Shown: positions 1 to 8,776, numbered from the stretch's first letter. The stretch: DNA of 64,000 bases from an uncultured Actinomycetota bacterium (GCA_963795215.1 CAWCGW010000007.1:639745-703744), one strand, 5' to 3'. The notes: generated by a model not told the origin, from the sequence alone. Translations and numbers: made by a program.

Positions 1-1821
1 CACCTTCTCCAACGACACGACCGCGGTCGGGTGGGCCCACGCGAGGGCGTGGTCCAGGACGCCGCCGCGTCCGACCGCCGGGAGCTGGTGGCGGTCGCCG
101 ACGAGCGCGACCCGCGCCCGGGCCTCGTCGGCGACCGTCAGGAGCGCGCGGGTGGTGTCCTGGTCCAGCATCCCCGCCTCGTCGACCAGCAGCAGGTCTC
201 CTGGTCGCAGTCGGGCGGCCGGGTTGGGTGTGGCGTCGGGGCGGCGGGCCCAGTGCCCGTCGTCGTCCCAGCGCCAGCCGTGCTGGTGGATCAGCCAGGC
301 GGCCGAGTGCCCGTGGGCGCCGGTCTCCGCGGCGGCGATCTGGGCCGCCTTCAACGTCGGCGTCACCACCACCAACCGGTGTCCCTGCCGTGCCAGCACG
401 GTTTGCGCCGACTTCAGCGCGGTTGTCTTGCCGGCACCGGCCGCGCCCTCTACGACCACCAGCTGGCCGTCACCGGCCAGGGCGCCGACGACGGCGGCTT
501 GAGTGGGGTCGACCCGAGTCAGCCCTCGCCCGTGCAGCCGGGCCCGTCTGGCTGGCTGCTCGGCGCGGCGGGCGACGCGGTGGAGGAGCTCCGCCTCGAC
601 CTCCATCACCTGCTGGGAGGTCAGTGAGCGGATGTGTTCGGGCACGTCGGGTGAGGTGAACAGCCGGACACAGCGTGCGGCGGCGCGGGCCGTGACGTCC
701 TCGGCGAGCTCGATGCGCGCGGCGGGCTCCGCCACCAGGTTGGCCTGCGCCAGCAGGACCTCGACCTTCCCGCGGATGTCGGCGGCGTTCCACGCCGAGC
801 GCTTCGCTCCGAGCTGGGAGATGATCCAGTCGGCCGTTCCGTCTCGGTCGATCCAGGCGACCGGCGTTGCCTCCAGCACGGCGGGGGCGGCCGGGTCGCG
901 GTAGCCCAGGGCGCGTAGCTCGTCGTTCCACCGTGCGACCAAGTCAGCGCCGTCGGTGGGGACGACCTTGTCCGGCCGGGCGTCGGCCCACGCCCGCCGA
1001 TCCCACGCCTCGCGCAGCCGCGGCCCCGGTTCCTCACCGGGATGCTCGCGCCGCCACTCAGCTTCGTACCGGTCGATGTTGCGGTGGATCTGACCGGTTC
1101 GTGCGCTGAACGCCCCGACGTACGGCACGAGCTGCTCGATCTCCGCCGTCACGGGGTCCAGGGTGAAGCCGCGTGCGGCCAGGGTCGCCCGGAACTCCGG
1201 GTCGGTGACGACCGCGGCGTGCCCGATGCCGTTGATCGCCTCGATCATGTCGCGCACACCCACCGAGTGCAGCCCCCGCCACGCGCCCGCCGCCCACACG
1301 CGGGCGTTGACCTGCAGGTGCAGGTGCCGGTGCGGATCGCCGGCCCGCGACGTGTAGTGCCTGATCACGGCTGCCTCGATCTTCTCGACCGATACCTGCA
1401 CCTGTCTTCCTCGCGGACCGACCCGGGTCGTCGCGTGTTGTGCGACCCAGCTGACGATCTCGAAGGCTGCCGTGTCCTGGGCTTCGTCCAGCGCAGCCGA
1501 GATGTCTGGATGAAGCGCGGCGGCCAGTGACCAGGTCTTCGGGCCGTTGACGGTGACCTCGACGAACCGCAACGCGTTCGCGTCTTCGCGAACCCGACCC
1601 TTCTTGCGACCGGTGTCGACGTCGACCCCCGCGACCCACTGCTCGTAGGCGTCTCCGTCCATCGAGCCGGCATGCTCGACACCGCCCGGGGTCGCTGTGA
1701 GCCGGGCAGCCACTCCGCAGCCCTCGCCGAGGTAGTAGTCGTCCGCCCGGGAGCGATCCCTCTCGACGTAGGCGCGCGCGGCCTTCGCCGCGCCGCGGTA
1801 GAACTTCACCCCGCCATGCAC
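1..1821 (-). CDS. MobF (TrwC/TraI-like) relaxase with C-terminal SF1 helicase domain, partial (runs off the left edge)
   Basis: Hand translation of the minus strand from GTG at 1821 gives MHGGVKFYRG...DDYYLGEG (catalytic Tyr pair), RHYTSRAGDPHRHLHLQV (HUH His triad), Walker A GAAGAGKT and Walker B LLVDEAGM. It is open to position 1 and absent from the ORF track because no stop falls in the window. Confidence 0.9.
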   Translation of the reverse strand, partial: MHGGVKFYRGAAKAARAYVERDRSRADDYYLGEGCGVAARLTATPGGVEHAGSMDGDAYEQWVAGVDVDTGRKKGRVREDANALRFVEVTVNGPKTWSLAAALHPDISAALDEAQDTAAFEIVSWVAQHATTRVGPRGRQVQVSVEKIEAAVIRHYTSRAGDPHRHLHLQVNARVWAAGAWRGLHSVGVRDMIEAINGIGHAAVVTDPEFRATLAARGFTLDPVTAEIEQLVPYVGAFSARTGQIHRNIDRYEAEWRREHPGEEPGPRLREAWDRRAWADARPDKVVPTDGADLVARWNDELRALGYRDPAAPAVLEATPVAWIDRDGTADWIISQLGAKRSAWNAADIRGKVEVLLAQANLVAEPAARIELAEDVTARAAARCVRLFTSPDVPEHIRSLTSQQVMEVEAELLHRVARRAEQPARRARLHGRGLTRVDPTQAAVVGALAGDGQLVVVEGAAGAGKTTALKSAQTVLARQGHRLVVVTPTLKAAQIAAAETGAHGHSAAWLIHQHGWRWDDDGHWARRPDATPNPAARLRPGDLLLVDEAGMLDQDTTRALLTVADEARARVALVGDRHQLPAVGRGGVLDHALAWAHPTAVVSLEKV

Positions 1822-1880
1822 CCGGACCACCGCCTCCACGACGTCCGTCGACAACCAACGGACCCCTAGAAATGCCGCGT

Positions 1881-1922
1881 GGGCCGCCCGATCACGGGCG
1901 ACCCATCTACGAACCTTCGTAG
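1881..1922. other. Candidate oriT: two adjacent inverted repeats upstream of the relaxase
   Basis: CGCCCG-atca-CGGGCG (1885-1900, extendable with one mismatch to 1881-1903) and CTACGAA-cc-TTCGTAG (1907-1922), 60-100 bp upstream of the relaxase start. Confidence 0.35.
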
Positions 1923-2078
1923 CATGCGTGCCGCTTGAGGGGAGCTGTTGAGAAGGCGATGGGCGGTGGAACCTGGGGAGATTCTGGGGACCGATGAGAG
2001 TCGATGATTGTCAGTCAAGTGGAGAGCGGCGGGCCAGGTTGTCGGCAGGGGGGATGGGGTTCGTCAGATACTGAGTCC

Positions 2079-2417
2079 ATGGCCGTCCCGGAGACCGATC
2101 TCGCCCGGATCCGTCGGTTCTGCGAGAAGCAGGTCCCGCCCGAGATGCGGGACCAGGTGCGGGTGGAGCACCGCGTACGTGGTCGCACCGTGACGATCGT
2201 CGAGCATCGGCCGCCGTGGAATCCGGCGCCGGGCCCGGAGTGGACCGACACTCCGCAGGCCCGGATGAAGTACGACGAGCAGACCAAGGGCTGGACCTTG
2301 TACTGGTTCGACCGGAACTCCCGGGCCCATCGCTACGACTTGTTGGAGCCCGACCAGCCGATCGAGCGGCTGCTAGCGGAGTACGGCGAAGACCCGACCT
2401 GCATCTTCAAGGGCTGA
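2079..2417 (+). CDS. DUF3024-like protein
   Basis: MAVPETDLARIRRFCEKQVP...RPPW...ARMKY...WTLYWFDRN...YDLLEP...DPTCIFKG matches the DUF3024 pattern; ATG at 2079 lies within ORF 2004..2417. Confidence 0.75.
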   Translation: MAVPETDLARIRRFCEKQVPPEMRDQVRVEHRVRGRTVTIVEHRPPWNPAPGPEWTDTPQARMKYDEQTKGWTLYWFDRNSRAHRYDLLEPDQPIERLLAEYGEDPTCIFKG

Positions 2418-2777
2418 TCCGGACGCGTCGGCGACGATCTGGGTTCGGACGCGCTCTTCAAGGTGTGCCCTCGACGTCAACCAGATCGCTGACGACGTGG
2501 TCGCACGTATCCACTCTGACCCAGACTTTCGCGGCGCAGGTCGCACAGCAAACTCCGGGGGGGGTGCGGAGACGTTGCGGTGACGTCGACGGCTGCCTCT
2601 GTCAGTGCGCTGCTCCGAGGGCCCGTTCAAGAGCCGGAGTCCGTCGAGATCTCAGAAGAGAACAAGGCCGTGGTGCGGACCCCTCGATCGGTCTGACCTG
2701 GACGAACTGGACGCGCGGCTGGCTTCGCGCTGGGGCCAGCCCGTCTGGCCGAGAAGGCACGGGAGTGTTTCCCATTA

Positions 2778-2805
2778 TTGACTTAGTGGATTGAATGACT
2801 AAAAT
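2778..2805 (+). promoter_or_regulatory. Sigma70-type promoter of the XRE/AbiEii operon, probably giving a leaderless transcript
   Basis: TTGACT (2778-2783), 16 nt, TAAAAT (2800-2805); ATG at 2813 lies at the expected +1. A small inverted repeat TTAGT-N10-ACTAA overlaps the spacer. Confidence 0.6.
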
Positions 2806-2812
2806 GAGAAAC

Positions 2813-3274
2813 ATGCCAGCCCCTAGCCCGTACACGAGCCCCGAGCAACAGGCGGACCTCGAACGTCTAGGCGCCCGGCTGCGCGAACGCCGAAAGGCCC
2901 TCGGAGTCACGGTAGTCGCCTGTGCCGAAGCTGCTGGCGTTTCGCGTGTCACCCTGCACAGGATCGAGGCCGGCAACCCCTCGGTCACGATCGGCGCCTA
3001 CATCAACGTTGCAGCCGCACTCGGACTCCACCTCGTCGTCCCGATCCTCGATGCTCCAGCAGCAGAACCGGCGACGATCACGGTCGGCGACTACCCCGGC
3101 CTGCGCACGCTGGCCTGGCAGACCGACGCCGGCACCACCATCACCGAGACAGAGGCACTCAACCTCTACGAACGCGGCTGGCGACACCTCAACCAGGAAG
3201 CCCTCACCGACCACGAGAAGGCGTTCATCCAGCACCTCGCGGACACCTACAGCAACGGGAGGCTCCTTGTTTAG
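2813..3274 (+). CDS. XRE-family HTH protein with C-terminal YPGLRTLAW...LYERGWRH domain; putative antitoxin/regulator
   Basis: LGARLRERRKALGVTVVACAEAAGVSRVTLHRIEAG is an HTH_3/XRE motif; the stop overlaps the start of the downstream nucleotidyltransferase. Confidence 0.8.
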   Translation: MPAPSPYTSPEQQADLERLGARLRERRKALGVTVVACAEAAGVSRVTLHRIEAGNPSVTIGAYINVAAALGLHLVVPILDAPAAEPATITVGDYPGLRTLAWQTDAGTTITETEALNLYERGWRHLNQEALTDHEKAFIQHLADTYSNGRLLV

Positions 3275-3995
3275 GCGGCTGCACCACCAACAGGTGGCCG
3301 AGGTGCTGTCGATGCTCGACGCACCGCTCCTGGCAGAGCACAACTGCTGGTTCGGAGGCGGCACCGCGATAGTCCTCGCCAACGGTGAGTTCCGCGAATC
3401 GGTCGACATCGACTTCCTGGTCTCCGACCCGAAGTCCTACCGCGAGCTGCGCCAGATGGTCAGGGACCACGGGCTCGACGCTCTGGCTACACGCGAACTG
3501 GACCTGGGTCGAACACCCTCTGTCGACGGTTACGGGATCAGGACCTCGGTGCTCGTTGCGGGGATTGCGATCAAGTTCGAGATCATCCATGAAGGTCGCA
3601 TCGACCTCGACACTCCCTCCCCGGACGATGAGATCTGTGGCTTACGGATCCTGACGCGAACAGACCAGGTCGCAACCAAGCTGCTCGCCAATGACGACCG
3701 CTGGGCAGACACGTCGACGTTCAGCCGCGACCTCATCGACCTGGCCATGATGAAACCCGACACCGCCGCCCTGAAGGCCGGCGCGCGCAAGGCGGTCGAT
3801 GCATACGGCAACACGGTTGGCGAGAGCCTCAACAAAGCAGTCACCTACCTCCGAGATCGCCCGCAACGTCTCGACGAATACCTCCGAGCACTCAAGATCG
3901 ACGTGCCCCGAGCAGCTGTCTGGCAGAGCATCCGCGACTTGTCCGCAAGGTGCGCGAAGATCGAAGGTCTGGGTCGGGGGCTCGGACTAGCCTGA
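3267..3995 (+). CDS. AbiEii/AbiGii-family nucleotidyltransferase (type IV TA toxin-like)
   Basis: Motifs FGGGTAI, FRESVDIDF, KLLA, SRDLID. TTG start at 3267 follows GGAGG and overlaps the upstream stop by 8 nt. Confidence 0.85.
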   Translation: MFRRLHHQQVAEVLSMLDAPLLAEHNCWFGGGTAIVLANGEFRESVDIDFLVSDPKSYRELRQMVRDHGLDALATRELDLGRTPSVDGYGIRTSVLVAGIAIKFEIIHEGRIDLDTPSPDDEICGLRILTRTDQVATKLLANDDRWADTSTFSRDLIDLAMMKPDTAALKAGARKAVDAYGNTVGESLNKAVTYLRDRPQRLDEYLRALKIDVPRAAVWQSIRDLSARCAKIEGLGRGLGLA

Positions 3996-4005
3996 CCGTC
4001 CTGCG

Positions 4006-4093
4006 GTCCGCAAACAGTCCGCAAGAAGTCACGCGGAGCCCGTTTCTGACCAACGGCTGCCAACGACTCGCTGACGGCGTTTGCCCAGGTCAG
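4006..4093. repeat. Short repeats next to the element end (candidate integrase arm-type or accessory-factor sites)
   Basis: Direct repeat GTCCGCAA at 4006-4013 and 4017-4024; inverted pair CTGACC (4046-4051) / GGTCAG (4088-4093). Confidence 0.4.
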
Positions 4094-4151
4094 AGGCCCT
4101 TTTCCGGCTGTTTTCAACGATGATCGAAGGTAGCCGAAACACCCGGTTTTC

Positions 4152-4170
4152 GTTCCGCTTCAACGTCTGA
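4152..4170 (+). repeat. att core: 19-bp copy of the 3' end of ychF (GTTCCGCTTCAACGTCTGA = ...F-R-F-N-V-stop)
   Basis: Actinobacterial YchF ends in DGDVVEFRFNV*. The sequence reads TTC CGC TTC AAC GTC TGA in an intergenic position with no upstream ychF coding sequence. Confidence 0.75.
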
Positions 4171-4183
4171 GGGTCGCCGTGTC

Positions 4184-5212
4184 TCAGCCGACCAGGACGA
4201 TCTTCCCGAAGTGCTGGGAGCGGGCCAGGTGCTTCAGGCCGGTGGCGACCTCGGCGACGGGGAGGACGGTGTCGATCTGCGGCGTGATGCCGTGCTGGTC
4301 GATGAAGGCGACCAGCTCCTCGAGCATCTGGCGTGAGCCCGTCTCGATGCCGTGCAGCGTGATGTTCTTGGACATGAACTCGCCGACCGTGATCCGGGCG
4401 TCGAGCAGCCCCTCCATCACGCCGACGAAGCTGATCTGGCCGTTGACCTTGACCGCGTCCAGCGACACGTTGAGGTTGGCGGCGCCGACGGTCTCGAGCA
4501 CGAGGTCCGCTCCGCGGCCGCCGGTGATCTCGCGGGTTCGCCCCGCGACGTCTTCCTCGCGGTAGTTGATGGTGGCGGTGGCACCCAGTCTGGTGACGCG
4601 CGAGAGCTTCTCGTCGCTACTGGAGGTGATGATGGTCCGCAAGCCACGGGCGTGGGCGATCTGCAGGGCGAGCAACGCGACGCCGCCGGTGCCGTGGATC
4701 AGCACCCAGTCGGCGGGGGAGGAGCGTGGGCGCTGAAGAGCGTGCCACGCGGTGACCCCCGCGATCGGCAGGGTGGCGGCGGCCTCGTCGCTCAATGACT
4801 CCGGGGCCGATGCGGCGGACTGTTCGTCGATGATCACGAAGTCGGCCAGCATCCCGGCATTGACGGGGCCGCCGATCGGCAGCCGCTTGAACTCGGCGAC
4901 CAGCTCGCCCTCGCGCCAGAACGGCAGGAAGTTCGGCATGACCCGGTCGCCGACGTGGAACCGGGTGACTCCCGTCCCTGTCGCGACCACCCGGCCGACG
5001 GCATCGGAGATCGGCACGACGTCGGAGTCCGGCTTCCACCCGCCGACGCCATTGATGATCAGCAGGTCGCGATAGTTCAGTGAACGGGCCGTGATGCGGA
5101 CCAGGATCTCGGTGTCGCCGGGCGTCGGGGTCGCCACGGTGGATTCACGGAGGTTGTCGATGCCGTCGCCTCGGGTGGTCATCGTGCTCATCGTCGCGGG
5201 GTGGGAGGGCAT
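4184..5212 (-). CDS. NAD(P)-dependent MDR-family oxidoreductase (zinc-type alcohol dehydrogenase/quinone reductase-like)
   Basis: SLNYRDLLI, HGTGGVA nucleotide-binding region, HFGKIVL; RBS AGGAG before ATG 5212. Confidence 0.85.
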   Translation of the reverse strand: MPSHPATMSTMTTRGDGIDNLRESTVATPTPGDTEILVRITARSLNYRDLLIINGVGGWKPDSDVVPISDAVGRVVATGTGVTRFHVGDRVMPNFLPFWREGELVAEFKRLPIGGPVNAGMLADFVIIDEQSAASAPESLSDEAAATLPIAGVTAWHALQRPRSSPADWVLIHGTGGVALLALQIAHARGLRTIITSSSDEKLSRVTRLGATATINYREEDVAGRTREITGGRGADLVLETVGAANLNVSLDAVKVNGQISFVGVMEGLLDARITVGEFMSKNITLHGIETGSRQMLEELVAFIDQHGITPQIDTVLPVAEVATGLKHLARSQHFGKIVLVG

Positions 5213-5321
5213 GTCAGGCTCCTGTTCGGGAGAGCGTCGGCCGCGTACGACTTCGATGCTAGGCACGGAATCTCATCACGACTAGTTACCGTTGAGGGAC
5301 CGGACGCATTAGTGTTGATGA

Positions 5322-6221
5322 ATGATTGATCCCGTTGCTCTGCGCATCCTGGTGGCGGTGCATGACACCGGATCGGTCAGGGGCGCGGCTGACCTGCTGG
5401 GGTACACCTCGCCCAACGTCACCCAGCACCTGCGCAAGCTCGAGCGGCGACTGGGCGGGCCGATGGTGGAGCGCGCCGGACGCGGGCTCGTCATGACACC
5501 GAGGGGCGTGAGCCTCGTCGAACGCGCTCGACCGCTGATCGACGGCCTCGAGCAGCTGGACCTCACGTCCACCTCCGAAGTCCTCTCCGGGGTGGTGCGG
5601 ATCGCCGCGTTCCCGACGGCCTTGCGAGGTCTGCTGCTGCCCGCGATGGCCGCGATGGATGAGGTGCATCCCGAACTGTCCATCGTTCCGATCGAGTCCG
5701 ACCCCGCAGGTGCCCTCGACGCGCTCGGCGTCGGCCGCCTCGACGCCGTCATCTCCAAGAGCTGGGGAACCACCGAGCCGGCCACGGGCGCACGCCGACC
5801 GCTGACGAGGATCGAGCTCGGCCGGGACCGCCTCGATGCCGTGGTGCCCGCGGGGCACCCCCTCGCCGATCGCCACGAGGTCGGTCTCCGAGACCTGGCC
5901 ACCGAGCGGTGGGCCATCACGCCTCCGGACGACCCGTTCGGAACATGGATCTCGGCTCACGCCCCGGCCCTGCTCGACCCCATCATCAACGCCTTCCACG
6001 CCGTCGAGTTCCAGTCGTTGATCCGGTTCGCCGAGACGGGCCTTGCCGTCACGGTTGTTCCGCGGCTTGGTCGTGGTGCGCTGCCGGACACCGTGGTCGC
6101 CGTTCCGTTGAACGACGCGGACGCCTTTCGCGCCATCCACCTCTACGTCCGACCGATGGCCGCCCGCTCGCGGTTGACCGAGATGATCGTCGAGCGGTTC
6201 AGGAAGGATCTGGCGACCTGA
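5322..6221 (+). CDS. LysR-family transcriptional regulator
   Basis: N-terminal HTH GSVRGAADLLGYTSPNVTQHLRKLE plus substrate-binding domain; divergent from the MDR gene. Confidence 0.9.
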   Translation: MIDPVALRILVAVHDTGSVRGAADLLGYTSPNVTQHLRKLERRLGGPMVERAGRGLVMTPRGVSLVERARPLIDGLEQLDLTSTSEVLSGVVRIAAFPTALRGLLLPAMAAMDEVHPELSIVPIESDPAGALDALGVGRLDAVISKSWGTTEPATGARRPLTRIELGRDRLDAVVPAGHPLADRHEVGLRDLATERWAITPPDDPFGTWISAHAPALLDPIINAFHAVEFQSLIRFAETGLAVTVVPRLGRGALPDTVVAVPLNDADAFRAIHLYVRPMAARSRLTEMIVERFRKDLAT

Positions 6222-6224
6222 CCC

Positions 6225-6479
6225 TCACGGACCCGCTGCCCCCCGTGGCCGGCAAGGAAGGCGTGCACGCCGCGACGGACGACTCGATCCGTAGGACCCG
6301 CTGGGTGACCCAGTCCAGGTCCCCCTTGCTGTGGCCGTTGCGGTTCTCGCTGGTGCCGCGCTGGTCCAGAACGCCACCTGGCCGGTCCGCGGGTCGATCA
6401 GCCATCGGTGCTCCTCATCGGTCTGATCCGCGAGCGCGGTCGCGATCTCCTCGATGTCGAACACGTCCAGGTCGAGCAT
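6225..6479 (-). pseudogene. Truncated UPF0158-like gene: about 40 N-terminal codons joined to unrelated sequence
   Basis: MLDLDVFDIEEIATALADQTDEEHRWLIDPRTGQVAFWTS resembles UPF0158 N-termini; the similarity and codon pattern break near 6360. Confidence 0.45.
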
Positions 6480-6674
6480 TCACTCAGGGGAGAGCCGAGG
6501 CAGGCGTCCAGAAGCGCTGCTCGCCTGACGTCAGGGCTGGCGCCCTGCTAGCGGAAGGACGCGCTCAGCGGCGTAGCGACCGGGGGTGCTGGACCGGGGA
6601 GCCGGTCGCTGGGCGTGCGCCCGGCAGCACGGATTCTGGTAGAAACGAGACGCGTCGGCAGTGGAGGTGACGAG

Positions 6675-8123
6675 GTGACCAGCGGCCCTGGAGGGCACAC
6701 GGTCTTGGCGATGGCCGAGGGTGAGGCGTTCGGCTCGCTCCGGAAGCGACCGACGTCTCGGCTGGAACGATTCGCCCTTGGCCGAGCGCTGCGCAAGCAG
6801 GTGCCCCGCAAGGCCTTGGGGGGATGGGAGGCATCGGCTGGCCGGCGGGACCCAGTCCAGCTGATCCAGGCATCGCATCGGGGACGAGTGGACGAACTGA
6901 TCCCGATCCGAGTCAGCCGGATGGTCAGCTCGCCGTACGGCTTCCTTCGCGGGACCGCCATCGTGATGGCCGAGGACGTCGCCGGGTTGCCGGCGACGGG
7001 GATCACTCCGGTGATCTGCGGCGACGCGCACCTCGGGAACTTCGGTTTCTACGCATCGCCCGAGGGTGAGCTCGTGATCGATCTCAATGACTTCGACGAG
7101 GCACATCCGGGGTGCTGGGAGTGGGATCTTCGGCGACTCGTCGCCAGCATCTGGGTGGCCGGGCGTGAGAACTCCTCCAGCGAGCAGCAGTGCTCGGATG
7201 CTGTCACGTCGTGCGTGTCGGCCTATCGGGCGGAGGTGAACTTCTTGGCAGAACAGCCTCTGCTCATGCGTTCCTACAATCGGCTGGACGTGAAGCGCCT
7301 GCACGAGACCGCCACCGAGAAGACGCTCCGGGCCGAGATCGGACGGTCTGCCAAGCGGGCCCGAAACAGGACAAGCGATCGCGCGCTACCGCGCTTCACC
7401 CGCGAGCACGAGGGACGTCGGCACATCGTGGACGAGCCGCCTCTGATCACCCACGTCCCGGAGCAGGACGGTGAACTGATCGCGGCCGCGCTGGATGAGT
7501 ATCTGACCACCCTGGCTCCGCACTGGCGGCGGGTGCTGGGCGGCTACACCTTGGTGGACATGGCTCACAAGGTCGTCGGCGTCGGCAGCGTCGGCTTGCG
7601 TGCCTACGTGGCGCTGCTCGAGGGCAGCAGCCCTGAGGACGTCTTGTTCCTCCAGCTGAAACAGGCGCGTCGATCAGTGCTGGCCGAGCATGTGCACGGC
7701 GAGTCGGCCTGGCACGCTCACCAGGGCCAGCGAGTGGTGGAGTACCAGCAGGCCCTGCAGACAGTGAGTGATCCACTCCTGGGGTGGACCACCGTTGACG
7801 AGCGACAGTATTACGTTCGGCAGTTCCGGAACATGAAGGGCACCATCCCGCTCGACGCCATCGATCCCGCGGCGCTGGCTGACTACGCCGGCATCGTCGG
7901 ACACCTGTTGGCCAAGGGCCACGCCCGCACTAGCGGCGCTTCCATGATCGCGGGGTATGCCGGCCGCTCTGAGAAGCTGGACCGCGCGATGGCTCGATTC
8001 GCTCGGGCGTACGCGGACCAAACCGAAGCCGACCACGCCGAGCTGGTCCGGGCGGTCCGGAGGGGAGCGGTGCCGGTCACGGAGGGCGCTCTGGATCGCG
8101 CCGGCTCGGCCTTCCGCCCCTGA
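6675..8123 (+). CDS. DUF2252 family protein
   Basis: RMVSSPYGFLRG, CGDAHLGNFG, DLNDFDEA, KVVGVGSVG, LQLKQA, YYVRQ; GTG 6675 follows GGAGG. Confidence 0.9.
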   Translation: MTSGPGGHTVLAMAEGEAFGSLRKRPTSRLERFALGRALRKQVPRKALGGWEASAGRRDPVQLIQASHRGRVDELIPIRVSRMVSSPYGFLRGTAIVMAEDVAGLPATGITPVICGDAHLGNFGFYASPEGELVIDLNDFDEAHPGCWEWDLRRLVASIWVAGRENSSSEQQCSDAVTSCVSAYRAEVNFLAEQPLLMRSYNRLDVKRLHETATEKTLRAEIGRSAKRARNRTSDRALPRFTREHEGRRHIVDEPPLITHVPEQDGELIAAALDEYLTTLAPHWRRVLGGYTLVDMAHKVVGVGSVGLRAYVALLEGSSPEDVLFLQLKQARRSVLAEHVHGESAWHAHQGQRVVEYQQALQTVSDPLLGWTTVDERQYYVRQFRNMKGTIPLDAIDPAALADYAGIVGHLLAKGHARTSGASMIAGYAGRSEKLDRAMARFARAYADQTEADHAELVRAVRRGAVPVTEGALDRAGSAFRP

Positions 8124-8323
8124 ACTGTCGAAGCTTGCCTCCTCCACCGGCGTGCCAGGTTCGGATCGTGGAAGGTCTGCCCGATCGCGGCAACAGGACG
8201 CGGGCTCTGCGTCTGGCAGGGCAACCAACGCTGGGATGTCGAGGCGCCCGTGAAGCGGGCCCTCCTTGTCGCCGCGCTCCTCAAGACCGGGGAGGGCGGC
8301 CCTGCCCGTACGGCGTCGTGCGT

Positions 8324-8776
8324 CTAGTCGGGCTGCCCCGCCGCGGGTGGAGACGCAGACCCATCGAGTGTGAGGGCGGCCCCGTTGATGCACCATCGCT
8401 GGCCCGTGGGCGCCGGACCGTCGGCGAACACGTGTCCCAGGTGCCCTCCGCAGCGGGTGCATGTGGCCTCGCGCCGTGGCACCAGCATCTTGAAGTCGGT
8501 GCGGACGCCTACGGCGTCCGGGGTCGCCGAGGAGGTGAAGCTGGGCCACCCAGTCCCGGAGTCGAACTGGTCGTCGGCGCGGAACAGCCCGGCCCCGCAG
8601 CCCACGCACCGGTAGACCCCGGCTGGGTTCGCGGGCGGGTGCTCGTAGGGGCTGGTCCGGGGGGCCTCCGTGCCTGAGCGGCGAAGTACCCGGTAGGCCT
8701 CGGGTTCGAGGCTCGCGCGCCACTCGGCATCCGAGCGGACAACCTCGGGCTGTGGTCGGGAGCGGCGCCTGAACAT
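8324..8776 (-). CDS. msrB: Peptide-methionine (R)-S-oxide reductase
   Basis: GTE, YRCVGC, FDSGTGWPSF, CTRCGGHLGHVFADGP, RWCIN. Confidence 0.92.
   Translation of the reverse strand: MFRRRSRPQPEVVRSDAEWRASLEPEAYRVLRRSGTEAPRTSPYEHPPANPAGVYRCVGCGAGLFRADDQFDSGTGWPSFTSSATPDAVGVRTDFKMLVPRREATCTRCGGHLGHVFADGPAPTGQRWCINGAALTLDGSASPPAAGQPD

Larger units (their letters stand above)
1..4170. mobile_element. Right-hand part of an integrative mobilizable/conjugative element inserted at the 3' end of ychF; left part, including the integrase, lies outside the window
   Basis: Contains a MobF relaxase and a type IV TA-like pair, and terminates at a 19-bp copy of the ychF 3' end. Short repeats at 4006-4093 precede that end. 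No integrase is visible in the window. Confidence 0.75.

Noticed and set aside
31-1858. Several + strand ORFs and 1058..1858 (-) in the ORF track
   Set aside because: All overlap the relaxase frame (minus, from 1821), which carries the conserved motifs.
3996-4180. Possible tRNA at the element boundary
   Set aside because: No cloverleaf or TTC-loop/CCA pattern on either strand; the sequence matches the ychF 3' end instead.
8125-8323. Short intergenic reading frames between DUF2252 and msrB
   Set aside because: No RBS, motif or codon bias; cannot be supported as genes.
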